A program made the position numbers and the translations under genes. Shown here in pieces: positions 46,301 to 57,547 of a stretch of DNA of 64,000 bases. The stretch comes from an uncultured Phycisphaerales bacterium. Lineage in GTDB: Bacteria; Planctomycetota; Phycisphaerae; Tepidisphaerales; Tepidisphaeraceae. The first letter of the stretch is position 1. Each line of letters begins with the position of its first letter. A model generated the notes under the pieces. That model was given only the letters and a program-made list of their open reading frames with translations, was not told the DNA's origin and ran no database searches. The stretch is from contig CAVWLP010000003.1 of assembly GCA_963755915.1 (NCBI GenBank), forward strand, positions 416,001 to 480,000, in the 5' to 3' direction.

Positions 46301-48027
46301 CCTTGAATCGCTTCTGTTTGGCGAGCGCGTCGGTGGCGGTCGCGTAGTCGATCAGCGGCTGGGGCATCGCTTCGCCGTTCATCCGCCAGACAGCAATGGC
46401 ATCATCGGCGGCCAGCGCCTCAAAAAGCTGGATGTCACCAAACTTGTCGATGTCCGGATCGGCCTGCACGTTGCGGGCGACGGCAATGCGATCCTCGACC
46501 GTTTTACAGCTCGAACCACTCCATTTGGCGACCACTTCTTTCCAACCACCCACGGCGCGTCGGCGAATTCGATAGGCATCAATTGCTCCGGTTGCAGTGG
46601 AGCGATCATCGCAAAACCTCGCCAGCCACACGTTGATCTCGGCGGGCACCTTTTCGATCTTCGCCGCATCGATTTTGAACTTCTGCCGTTCGGATTCAGC
46701 GCGTTTGATCCACGAATGTCCGATCGACACTCGCCGGGCGGCGTGGTCGAGCATGACGGCAAACTCGGAATGCCGCGCTGGTCCGCCTTGTTGGAGATAG
46801 GTAAACCCACACGCTGATTCGACTTTTTCGAGAATCTTGTCGGACCACGGCGCCGGCCCTTGCCGCCGGTATTGGACTTGCACTTCTCACAGTCTTCGGT
46901 GGCGACGGTCTTCAGTTTCGTGAGGTCGTCCCCGGAAATCAGATCGACTCTGGATTCCCAAGCCTTGATAATGTTCCGCGTCGCACTCTTGTAGCCTGGT
47001 CCGCTGATCAGGCTGAGAATGCCGACGGCATCACTTGACTCAGGAGAAAATGCGACGAGCGACTCTGCCAGCGAATGGAGTGCTTCCGACCCTAATGCAA
47101 ACGCGGTTGCGTTGGCCGCCCATGAAGCCATCGCGTCGTAGGCTTTTGCCATTTCTGAAAAATCTGCCCCCTTGCCTGTGCCGAATCGGCTGCTAAGCCA
47201 TTGGCCGGCCTTCTGCACGAGGTCTTTGGCTTTGTCATCTTCCGCCGGTGGGTCGTCTTCGGAGTTATCAGGTGGATTGATCGGCGCAAGATAAGATTCC
47301 CGGGCGCCAAAGAACGGTTCGAGCAAGTCCCACACCTCTTCGCGCGTCAGCGATGGCCCCACTTGTTCCTGGGCGGCAGCAAACATGGCACTTCGGTTGA
47401 TCCACACGGCATCGTCACGAATCGCTGCCGAAAGGGATGGTTCACAATCGGCGATCCAGCTTCCAAAATCGGCTCCGGTTACGCCGCGATCGGCAAGAAT
47501 CTTCCGAAGCGCCCCGATCACTTTTTCATCCCTCTCGGATTGCGTTTTTTCGCCGCTAGCCACGACGAACTTCTCGTGCGAATCGTGTTGCTTTGGCGAC
47601 GATTCCACGCTTAGCCACGACAGGGACAGCAAAATGCGGCGATCGCGGATGCGAGCGCTCCGCCGGCGTTCAATCTCCGCGATGGCATCCCGCTCGGTGG
47701 GATCGGTGTCCTCCCTTTTTTTTCCCTTGATTAAATCTTTCAACGTGTTCGCGGTGAGTTTTTTCCCTTCGACCGACTGGGAATCAAAGCACGGTTCATC
47801 GGCCAACGAATGATCCATCCCGCCGCGCAGAGTTAGCAGCCAATCGCCGAAAACTTTGGCTCCATTGTTAACGGCCTCATGCGTTGCCCAGACGGCTGCG
47901 CGCAACCGTGATCCGTTTTGTCAACGCCGCGAAGTCGAAGCGTGTACGCCCGCTGCGTTTGAAATAACGCTGGAATAGGGCGATCCACGGTGTTTGAGTT
48001 TAGCTGTTTGGCTGCGGACTGCGGCAT
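43329..48027 (-). CDS. cas12b: type V-B effector Cas12b, about 1565 aa (single-base frameshifts near 47903 and 46849)
   Basis: N-terminal QRAYTLRL..WATHEAVNNGAKVFGDWLLTLRG; RuvC-I VLSVDLGHR, RuvC-II VVIENL..Y...RRENRQLM.W, RuvC-III ADLNAAAN; cas4-cas1 fusion and tracrRNA nearby. Confidence 0.92.
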
Positions 48028-48291
48028 TTGTAGTCATCTCCCGTATTACTTGACCAACGCAATTATCAGGGCCAGAATTGCGAGATTCGGGTACTGTCTC
48101 CATTCGAGTTTTTCCGTACCTTGTATCAGCCCAGAAGAGCGGGGGGACCGCAGAACGGCGCGAGAGCTTCTAGAATCTCGCTTCCCTGGCGGCCGCCAGG
48201 CTCATCCTCCGCTCTTCTGGCCCGATAGTTTGGCCCTCATGCCAAAATCAGAAATAGTCGCCCAACTTATCGGTCGCGCGGGCTACGGCGA

Positions 48292-48342
48292 ATTTGAATC
48301 GCTTGGGCTATGTTTGTCAAATAGGGCAACCCGACATAAACT
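48292..48342. promoter_or_regulatory. overlapping divergent sigma70-type promoters
   Basis: plus strand TTGTCA(48314-19)-N17-TAAACT(48337-42); minus strand TTGACA(48320-15)-N17-TCAAAT facing cas12b. Confidence 0.7.
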
Positions 48343-48348
48343 TGATTG

Positions 48349-48470
48349 GCCGCTATAGGCGGTCACAATATCGCTGAACGTGTCGTCCCCTTCAATGGGA
48401 TATGCACAGCGGCGCGAGAGATTAAATCGCGTGACACATGTCGGGTTCGGCTGCCCAACTGCCGAACTAT
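48349..48470 (+). ncRNA. putative natural single-guide RNA (tracr-like scaffold, hairpin, GACAC, promoter-targeting guide)
   Basis: shares gccgctataggcggt and acgtgtc.tcccctt.aatggg with the tracrRNA; guide ATGTCGGGTT at 48438-48447. Confidence 0.75.
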
Positions 48471-48641
48471 TAGATGACAACCATCCCGCTTTCCGCGTCA
48501 GGCAGACTCTCGCCCAACATGTCACGGGGTGCGCCAAAACCAGCCAGGGCGGGGCGCTTCAAAACCGGCCAATGTGCTGACGTATTCTATACCGCATCCG
48601 TTCTATCCGACGCAACTGTTCCTTGAGTTATTGGTCCCCGT

Positions 48642-49532
48642 TCACGCCGTCTGGCCGGCGGATACCCCCACATCAGAAGACAACGGCGGCTCTGTCACGG
48701 TGTCTTCCGGGGGGGAGCACCCTTCATCGCCGGCGGTACTCCGCCGTCCTTTTGGATTTGTCTTTTCCGGTGTCCCGGATTGGCCTGCCGTGAGCGAAGT
48801 CGAATGGCCCCCATGCCGAAGGCGGTAGCTCTTGCCGGTGATGTTGATGATCGTGGCGTGCTGCAGGAACCGATCCAGAATGGCCGTGGCCGCCGGCACG
48901 TCGCCGATCAGCTTGGCCCAGTCCTCCAGTGGACGGTTGCTGGTCATCATCGTCGAGCGGTTCTCGTGCCGGCGCATGACGATCTCCAGCAGGCATTCGC
49001 CGCTGCGCCGCGGAAGCTGCTTCATTCCCATGTCGTCGATGATAAGCAGATCAGGCTTGAGATACCGGGCCAGCGTCTTGTCCTGGGCTCCCAGATCCTC
49101 GTCGCCTAAAAAGTCGCGGGCCAGGTCGAAGATGGATCGGTACAGGACCACCAAGCCGCTCTTGATCGCCTGGTGTCCGATGGCCTGGGCCAAAAACGAT
49201 TTGCCCACGCCGGGCGGACCCAGCAAGAGCACGTCACGTTTGTCACGAATGAACTGGCCGGCGGCCAGATCGTGAATCTGTTTGCGTTTGATGGAGGTGT
49301 TGAAGGAGAAGTCGAACTCGTCGAGGTTTTTGGTGTCGCGGAACATCGCCGCCTTGACGCGCCGGCCGATCTGCCGGCTGGATCGGACGTTCAGTTCATC
49401 CTGAAGGATCAGTTCCAAAAACTCACTGTGGTCGAGCCGATTGCCGGCCGCCTCGCTCAGGCGAACTTCAAGGCTGCTCGCCAGACCTGAAAGCCGAAGT
49501 TGCTTGAGCGTCTGCATCAACGAAGGTCTCAT
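48642..49532 (-). CDS. istB: IS21 helper ATPase
   Basis: differs from copy 1 by one residue. Confidence 0.95.
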   Translation of the reverse strand: MRPSLMQTLKQLRLSGLASSLEVRLSEAAGNRLDHSEFLELILQDELNVRSSRQIGRRVKAAMFRDTKNLDEFDFSFNTSIKRKQIHDLAAGQFIRDKRDVLLLGPPGVGKSFLAQAIGHQAIKSGLVVLYRSIFDLARDFLGDEDLGAQDKTLARYLKPDLLIIDDMGMKQLPRRSGECLLEIVMRRHENRSTMMTSNRPLEDWAKLIGDVPAATAILDRFLQHATIINITGKSYRLRHGGHSTSLTAGQSGTPEKTNPKGRRSTAGDEGCSPPEDTVTEPPLSSDVGVSAGQTA

Positions 49533-51330
49533 GGGGTGGACTCCCTTCGGCTCTGCTCAGGGCAGGCCTGTAAAGGTTGTGCGGCAGGCAAAGCCTCCGC
49601 TTGGGTGATTGCGTCGCGTACGAACTGTCCGTAATCGGCCAGTCCGCGGATGATTGGATGTTCCTGAACAAACTCGAAGTGTTGTTGAACCGGCGCGCCG
49701 TTTTGGTGTTCGATGAGCTGCCGCAGGGAGCGCAGGTGATACGCGCCATGCCCCAGAGCAATCTCGCAGGCTCGTTCCACGGCCGGTCGCGGCTGCTGAT
49801 TGGCCAGCGACAGCAGCCCCATCAACACGCGCACGCCTTCGATGCCGCGATGCTGAAGCATTGACTGCGCCACTGCGTGGCGTGCGGCCCGATGCATTCG
49901 ATCCGCTGGAGAAGCCAGGTCGTTCCACGCTCGATGCCGCTGATCTTCTCCGGCAGGATATGGGCGTCTTGCGTCGAGAACCTGCCCGGCGGACGCTGCG
50001 CGTGCAGAGCGATCGCACGCATCTTCTGATCGAACAGCCGGACCGTGTGCCCGTCCCACCGCGCCCAGACCCGCTGGCCCAAAAACTCCGGCGGGACCGA
50101 ATAGTACGCCCCCTTGATCTCCACGTGCCCGTCGCGGTGAACACTGCGCAACGCCTCGGTGAAAAGATCGAATCGCACCGGCGGCAGAGCCAACAGTGCC
50201 GGCTTCTCTACCTGCTCGAAGACTTCCTTCACCTGCCGCCGCGTCGTGCCGTGGATGCGCGTGTCGGCCACGCTCTTCTCCCACGTCAGCAGATGCGCGT
50301 TCTGATCCGAGAGCGAGGCGAATTGCCGGCCTTTGAGAGCATTGCTCTTCACATAGCCGATGCCCCGCTCGATCTTCCCCTTGTGCCGCGGCGTGTACGG
50401 CTTGGTGGGCAGAATGGCGATTCCATAATGTTCGGCGAACGACCGGACCTTGGGACACAACTCCGCCTCGAACCAGTCCGCCCGCGTCACCGCCGCGCGA
50501 AGATTGTCGATCACCAGCGCTGACGGCATCCCGCCGAAGTGCGTAAAGGCATTTTCCAGACAACGCAGAAAATCATCGGTCGTCTGCCGCTCCACCGCCT
50601 CGGCGTACCCCTTGCGGCTGTGGCTCAGCACAATGCGGAAGACCCAGGTTGCTTTGCGTTTGCCGTCAGGACCGACCAGGGCGCACCCCGGCCGAAGTCC
50701 ACCTGCGCCTCGGCTCCCGGCTCGCATTCCATCCGGCGAAAGGGCGCCGGCGCGGCAGCCGAGAGCTTCTTGATGAACCGGCGCACGCTGTAATAGCTGC
50801 CGGCATAGCCGTGATCGCTGGAGATGTCTTGATAAATCCGCTGGGCCGTCAGCCCGGCTTCCAACTTCTGAACAATGACCTCACGCCAGGGCGATGCCGT
50901 ACTGACCGACCCGATCGGCGCGCCGGATAACCCGGTGGGCGCGCTCTCCGAGCCGCCTGCGGCGAGCACCGTCGAGCCGCCTGCGGCGAGCACCGTCGAG
51001 CCGCCTGCGGCGAGCACCGTCGAGCCGCCTGCGGCGAGCACCGTCGAGCCGCCTGCGGCGAGCACCGTCGAGCCGCCTGCGGCGAGCACCGTCGAGCCGC
51101 CTGCGGCGAGCACCGTCGAGCCGCCTGCGGCGAGCACCGTCGAGCCGAGGGGCGCGCTGGCCGGTTTTGAATCCGATCCGGGCGCCGCAGGATCGCCGCC
51201 CGACAACCGGATGTGGCGTCCAACGGTCTCCCGGTGAACGCCGAGTTGGCGGGCGATGTTCCGATTGGACCAGCCGCTGCGCAAGTGCCAAAATTGCTTG
51301 TACTTCCGCCATCTTGAGTTGATTGGCCAT
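49529..51330 (-). CDS. istA: IS21 transposase (frameshifted)
   Basis: same motifs as copy 1. Confidence 0.9.
50950..51141. repeat. 24-bp tandem repeat x8 inside istA
   Basis: same unit as 34727-34846. Confidence 0.95.
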
Positions 51331-51698
51331 CCCACCATTGGCTTGCGGCAACCGCCGAAAGCCAAGGTCGATAACCCAATCTCCTGTGCCTCAAAATGGC
51401 CGGTTTTGGCGCACCCTCAATTGGCCGGTTTTGCGCCCCCATGACACCCAACACGGTTGCCGCCTCTCTTGCGGCCTCCTCGTTGCTGCCAAGGTCCACG
51501 ATAAGGAGCTGGTCTTCCTTGAGATTGAGCACTTCGCGCGCCGCGTTTTCCAGCCGCACACGGTCGATGGCCTTGAGTGTGCAGTAGAACACGGAATACT
51601 GCCACGGTTCGCCGTATGCCTTCATGACTTTGTGGATTCGACGAAGGCGCTTGTCATTGCGAACGTCATAACAGACCAGATAGCACCGGCGCATGGTT

Positions 51699-53504
51699 TT
51701 ACCTCGTGGTCAGAAAAGCCAGCGTCGGCACCTCGCCAAGAAGCCACGCGGCCACAAGACGGGCATGCAGCATGAGCATGCGGCGATAACTTAGCCGGTA
51801 CTCGAATGCCGGGTGCTTCACTTCCGTGTCCATTCGTCGGCCATAGGCAGCGAAGAATCCTTTTCGTCCTGCGTCGGTTAGAGCGCAGCCGGAGGCGGTA
51901 TTAAGAAAATGCCCCTCGGTCAGTTCCCCGCGGTTGAATGCCGAGACGGCGATCGAATCGGCGATGAGCGGTCGGAATGGTTCCATTAGGTCCAGGGCGA
52001 GTGCGGGACGGCCCGGTCGCGTGGCGTGCAGTGCTCCGAGTGTCGGCTCCAGGCTTGCCAACCGACACGCGACCACGCATTCATTGGCCAGCATCGAATA
52101 GGCAAAGGAAAGAACCGCGTTGACTGGATCGGGTGGTGGACGGCGTTGTCGGCCATTGCTGTCGAATCGAGCAGCGATCTCGGCGACGCCTTTCTTAAAC
52201 ATGCCAGCAAAATGGGCAAAGTAGATCGCGGCGGCATTGCCTTCATGCCCACGCAGTTCGTCCAATGTGGTTGATCGCTCGGCACCAGCAACGCAGGTTT
52301 GAAGATCAGGCCCGACCCGCGATGGCAGCGCCGAATGATTTCGCATCAGCAGCGTGCGTTGATTAGCGATCTTGGCGACCGTCACTGCACGAGCCAATTC
52401 AAGCGTTTTTTCGGGTCGATCCAGAATGCGGATTTGGGCACCGCGTACGGCGGCGCTGACTGGCCCCAACGGGTCCATCATTGCCACCAGCCGACCTGCG
52501 GCGGTCAGAAAAGCAACCGGCACTTCGTGATCGGCGAAAACGGTTAGTGCTTGGGTCGATATCTGAACAGCGCCCAAAACTGCCAGCGATTCCATGTTGG
52601 CAAGCGGTAGGTCTCGGACCAGTTCACCATCTTTGTCGATGACCCTCACGGACTGGCCACGAACGCCAACGCGGATGCCCTCGCGCATAAGCACAACATG
52701 GATACCGTCGTCGCGCGGCGGCCAGAGTTTTCGCGGTGTAAGTTGCTCATCAACGGACTGACCGTTGACGGTGAGCGCCGTGAGCCGCTGGTGATTGATC
52801 TCGTCCGGCAAACAGATCGGCTGGAGCGAACATCGCGGGCAACGCGGATCATTGACCAGTGGCGGCGGACGCGGTCCTTGTGCGTCCCGCTTAGCCGCTT
52901 CTAATTCAGCCAGTGCGTTGCGTTTCAATGCCTCATCAACCACCACGCGAAGTTTGAGTTTCTCTGCGGCATAATAGAGATACGCTTCGGTGACCGTGTA
53001 TCCGGCCTCTTCAAGCAGAATCGCTTGCAAGCCGATTTGTACCCGGTCAGTCGGCCAAGGTTCTGGCCCTGGTAGCAACCGAGGTTCCTCCATCATCTCA
53101 TCAGTCGGTTCAGCGATCTCACCGTAGCGCTTCGGTTTTCCCTTGCGATACTCAACTGGAATCGCCGTCGTGCCCTGGATTTCGGCCAAGTCGAGCGTCG
53201 CCGTCAGGCCGAGCCGATCACTCGTGAGCACGAGGCTGCGTACCGATTTAGGTCGCTCTGGATCAGCCTCGGCAGTGGCTTCTTCTAATTTCTCAATGGA
53301 CTTTTGCCCCTTTTTGCCATTCTTGCCGTTTGATTCCAATGCCGGCGGAGCCTCGCTCGGACGATCTACACGGCGGTGGGTGCCCGCGCCCTGTTCCGTG
53401 TCGGCGCTGGGCAGAAAGACTCCCTCGACTGTCATGTAATAGAACAGGCGCGGACAATAAGCGTGTTCCGCGACGCCGCGGGATGGCCAGTGAACGGATT
53501 CCAT
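51699..53504 (-). CDS. cas1: Cas4-Cas1 fusion
   Basis: Cas4 motifs YCPRLFY, PVEYRKG, CPRCSLQPIC; Cas1 motifs LRGHEGNAA, NAVLSFAY, ALDLMEPFRP. Confidence 0.95.
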   Translation of the reverse strand: MESVHWPSRGVAEHAYCPRLFYYMTVEGVFLPSADTEQGAGTHRRVDRPSEAPPALESNGKNGKKGQKSIEKLEEATAEADPERPKSVRSLVLTSDRLGLTATLDLAEIQGTTAIPVEYRKGKPKRYGEIAEPTDEMMEEPRLLPGPEPWPTDRVQIGLQAILLEEAGYTVTEAYLYYAAEKLKLRVVVDEALKRNALAELEAAKRDAQGPRPPPLVNDPRCPRCSLQPICLPDEINHQRLTALTVNGQSVDEQLTPRKLWPPRDDGIHVVLMREGIRVGVRGQSVRVIDKDGELVRDLPLANMESLAVLGAVQISTQALTVFADHEVPVAFLTAAGRLVAMMDPLGPVSAAVRGAQIRILDRPEKTLELARAVTVAKIANQRTLLMRNHSALPSRVGPDLQTCVAGAERSTTLDELRGHEGNAAAIYFAHFAGMFKKGVAEIAARFDSNGRQRRPPPDPVNAVLSFAYSMLANECVVACRLASLEPTLGALHATRPGRPALALDLMEPFRPLIADSIAVSAFNRGELTEGHFLNTASGCALTDAGRKGFFAAYGRRMDTEVKHPAFEYRLSYRRMLMLHARLVAAWLLGEVPTLAFLTTR

Positions 53505-53687
53505 TATTCATCTAATCGGCGGTATTGAGAGCCTGCTTATTGACGCGCGAGCAGCAAAGACAGCGGAATTTCGCCATTCCAAGATTTTCTCGGACGTTGG
53601 GGTAGGTTGGTAATGTAATCGGCGGCTCCTTGAGCAACGACCCCATGTGTGGTGATACTGGCGAACGAAAGGCATGGACACGACGGC

Positions 53688-56600
53688 ATGGCGCAGGGGA
53701 AATCCCCACAGCTTCTCCTGGAGTTCAACGCGGTTCGCAACAGCGATCTTTTCTCCAACCATTGGCTGGAGAATCGCTTGCCCCTCGAACCGGAATGGAC
53801 CGAGGCGCGCAGAGGCATACGCCGCCATAGAGACGCTGACGGAACTTTGGAAAGTCCAAAAGAAACGTGTCGAGAAATACGACGGTGAGCAAATGCTCGA
53901 AGAGCAGTTCATTCAGCCGGTGCTACGCGCACTCGGCTGGAAGGACCGCATGCTCTATCAGACGTTTCTGCGCGGGCGCAAGCCAGACTACGCGCTCTTC
54001 CTTGATGACGGCCAGGTCGAGACGGCGCTCGCGAAGGGAAAGAATCATCCTGATTTTTGGAAGAGTCCGGTGATGGTCGCGGATGCAAAGGCTTGGGCCA
54101 TATCACTGGACCGCAAGGCGACCGTGGAAGCCAAGCGCGAATACCCGCCGGAGCAAATTGAGTGGTATTTGAACAACAGTCAGCTCGACTACGCCATTTT
54201 GACCAATGGCCGGTTGTGGCGGCTCGTCCCCAGGCAACATGATCCTGGCCAAGCCCGTTTTCAGACTTACCTAGAAGTTGATTTGCCACAACTCCTTGAC
54301 GAACGAATGGAGGTGCTCGATTCCAAGGTCTGGCCGGGATTCGACGACTTCCTGCGTTTTTTTCTGTTCTTTTCGCCGGTGGCACACCGCGAAACCGCCG
54401 AACGTCCCTCGCTTATTCGGCGCGCACGCGCGGGCAGTAGCGAGTACAGATTGGGGGTCGGGGAAGGTCTCAAGCAGCGAGTATTTGACGCATTGTCGCT
54501 TTGTGTCGAAGGGTTCGTACGGCATGAGGCGAACAAGTTGACTTCGTCGCCCGCCGACATCGAACTTTGTCGGCAACAAAGTTTCACACTCCTTTACCGG
54601 CTTCTCTTCGTGCTATTTGCCGAGGATCGAAAGCTGCTCCCATACAAGATCGACCGGGCCTACACAGACAACCGATCGCTTGGACGATTTCGTGACGAAA
54701 TCGCCAAGACGTTGGACCGCCTCGACCAAGGAAAGGACGTGGAGTTTCCTGAAAAACAGGTTCAATATTGGCCCGATCTGTTATCGCTCTTCGACCTGAT
54801 TGACGCCGGTGCCGCTCGCTATCGCGTACCCGCATACAACGGCGGCCTCTTCGATTCCGAACAGCATCCATTTCTTCGCGACAAAGTCCTTCCAGACGGA
54901 TATTTGGCCCGTGTCATTGATCGTCTGAGCCGTGCACCTGACCCGAAGCATCCCCACCTCGGGCTGTTTCGGGTCGATTACCGCGATCTCGCGATCCAGC
55001 ATTTAGGCAATGTGTACGAAGGGCTTTTGGAACTTCGTCCAAAAATCGCCGAGTCTGATCTGGTTGTCATTCGCACCACGAGCGCGAGACGACGCGGAGA
55101 AATATTTGCCTGCCGACGAACCGCTACCCAAGGGTTACGAGGCTACCGGTCAGCGATACGAAAAAGGTTCGGTGTACCTCGTGACCGACAAGGGCGAACG
55201 GCGCGCTTCCGGCAGTTATTACACACCGGATCATATTGTTAGCTACATCGTCGAGCGGACCCTTGGGCCGATTCGCGAGGGAATCGACCATCAACTGACA
55301 AGCGATATTGAGCGCACGAACAGGAATTGAAGCGTGCCCGTGGAGAAAATCGCGCACAGTTGGTTACTCGGATAGACACGCTCAAAGGCGATTTCGATGA
55401 TCGGCTGCTTCGGTTGCGGGTGCTCGATCCAGCCATGGGTTCTGGTCATTTCTTGATTCGGGCCTGCCAGTATTTGGCGGAGCAGGTCGCCACAAATCCA
55501 CGCGCAAAGGATGCTTCCCATACTGGCGGTGCTGAAGAATCGACGCTGGTTTACTGGAAGCGACGCGTCGCGGAGTCGTGTCTCTACGGAGTCGATCTCA
55601 ATCCGATGGCGGTGGAGTTGGCCAAACTCGCACTTTGGCTGGAAACCGTCTCGGTGAACCAGCCACTCACATTCCTCGATCACCATCTTCGTCACGGCAA
55701 TAGCCTCGTCGGCACGAGCGTCGAGTCCTTGGGCGTACTGCCCGGAACGGAACTCGTCAGCAACCGTTTTGAGCAGCAAGTTAAGCAACGTCTGCCGCGA
55801 CTCCTTGATGCGTTGGTCATGATTCGGCGCACGCCGTCTGACACGGTTGAACACGTGAAGGAGAAAGACAAGCTGTTCCGACGAACCTTTGAGCCGGTGC
55901 GCCAACCGTTTCTATTGTCGGCTCATGCCTGGTGTTCGTTCTTTTTTGCAAAGGCGGAAGAGCGGCTGAACAACACCCAATATGACGGGTTGATTGATGC
56001 GCTGGGGCAACCGAAAAAATTTGAAGCGATAGCATCATCTCCGCCGTGTTCAATAGCGATTCAGACGTGCGGGCCGAACGGCATCGCCGCGTTTCATTGG
56101 GAACTTGAATTTCCGGAAGTGTTCTTCGGTGAAGCCGGGTATCGGAGCGACCGGGGATTTGACGCGATCATTGGCAATCCACCGTATGACGTACTTTCTG
56201 AAAAGGAGACCGGCCGCGATCTGTCGCAACTCAAGGAGTTTATCGACAGGATGCCGGTGTATGCACCGTCCAAAGTTGGCAAAAACAACCTTTACAAGTT
56301 GTTTATTTGCCGGGCGATTTCACTTCTTGCGCCAGCGGCGCGATTGGGCTTCATTACACCGATGGCCGTTCTGGGCGATGAAGCCACTTCAAAGATTCGC
56401 CGCGAGATATTTCGTATCGGCCGCTTTCAGGCAATAGAAGCCTTTCCGCAGAAGGATGATCCCAATCGCCGCGTGTTTCGCGACGCAAAGCTATCGACAG
56501 CCGTTTTCATTCTACAACGCGTAGATGACGCTGATGGTCGGAAACAACCCTTTCAATCGCAGGTACACCCGGCGGACAGAATCGACGAGGTATCGGCCAT

Positions 56601-57524
56601 CCTTACACTCTCGGCGGAAGAAATTCCAAGTTACGATCCTGAAAACCTCACGATTGTCAGTACATCGGATGCCGACTGGCGGCTTGCCACGCGAATCACG
56701 CGCAGTGGAAGACTCGAACGGCTCGGGCATTTCGCACAATGCACTCAGGGTGAAGTCAACGAGACGGTGGCACGCGGCAAAGGTTATCTCGCGGATGCGA
56801 TCACGGACGGGGAACTCGTGGTACGCGGCTCAAATATCTGTCTGTACGTTCCACGCCTTGCATCGCAGGGTGATGACCTATTCGTCTCTGTACATCGATT
56901 CCTGGCCGGTAAGGGCGAAGATACGAAAGCATTTGATCATCGCTGGGCACGGGTCGGACTCCAGGAAAGTTCGCCGCAAAATAACTTCCGGCGGATCATT
57001 GCATCGTACATCGGTGCGGGCAAATTCTGCAATCACAAGGTCAACTATTTTCCGAGCGAAAATCATCCGTACCACTTGAATTTGTCCTTGCAGTTTTGAA
57101 TTCAAAGCTCGCGGATTGGTATTTTCGCCTGGGAAGCACTAATGCGGCCGTCAGCCACTACCAGCTTCATAATCTTCCCTGCCCGTCCTTTGCTAAGCAA
57201 TCTACTCCAGCGGACGCCCGGATGCTCAGCCAGGCGGTGGCAGCAATTAATTCCGCAAAGCTTTCTGATGTTCCCACAATTTTGGCGGCGGGATTAAGTG
57301 ATTCACCGTTCAGTCCTGCCGTTCGCGACACAATCTTCGAGGCGGTCGGGCGCATCATGGCAATTGAGTCTGCGCGTGGCGATATTGCCCGAACCGAACG
57401 ATCTGCCCTGGAGAACAAAGCCCAGCCCTATCAAGACCTGATCGACCAGTTGTTTTATCGCATGGCGGGTTTGAGCAACGAGGAAGTCACTGGGCTGGAA
57501 GGACGTCTAGCTCGCATGTTGTAA
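53688..57524 (+). CDS. type IIG (Eco57I-like) fused restriction-modification enzyme, about four frameshifts
   Basis: KPDYALF..ADAK and ILTNGRLWRL nuclease region; SGSYYTP, VLDPAMGSGHFL and IIGNPPY m6A-methyltransferase motifs; C-terminal TRD. Confidence 0.88.
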
Positions 57525-57547
57525 CCGCCTGTGGCGGCGTGAGCAAC

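Larger units (their letters stand above)
48520..51446 (-). mobile_element. IS21-family insertion sequence, copy 2; 7-bp TSD CCCAACA
   Basis: near-identical to copy 1; TSD at 48513-48519 and 51447-51453. Confidence 0.95.
48470..51694 (-). pseudogene. cas2: Cas2 interrupted near its C-terminus by IS21 copy 2
   Basis: MRRCYLVCYDV...WQYSVF; removing the IS and one TSD restores a 96-aa ORF ending VLGESLPDAESGMVVI*. Confidence 0.92.

Noticed and set aside
43329-47905. Naturally split two-gene Cas12
   Set aside because: Adding a single base rejoins the frames; same indel pattern as elsewhere in the window
32297-51446. CRISPR-associated transposon, or composite transposon formed by the two IS21 copies around cas12b
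   Set aside because: Each IS has its own TSD (independent insertions), one disrupts cas2, no TniQ/TnsB is present, and the RuvC residues are intact
50849-51694. 281-aa Cas2 fusion with a repetitive tail
   Set aside because: Read-through into the IS21 end and VNTR
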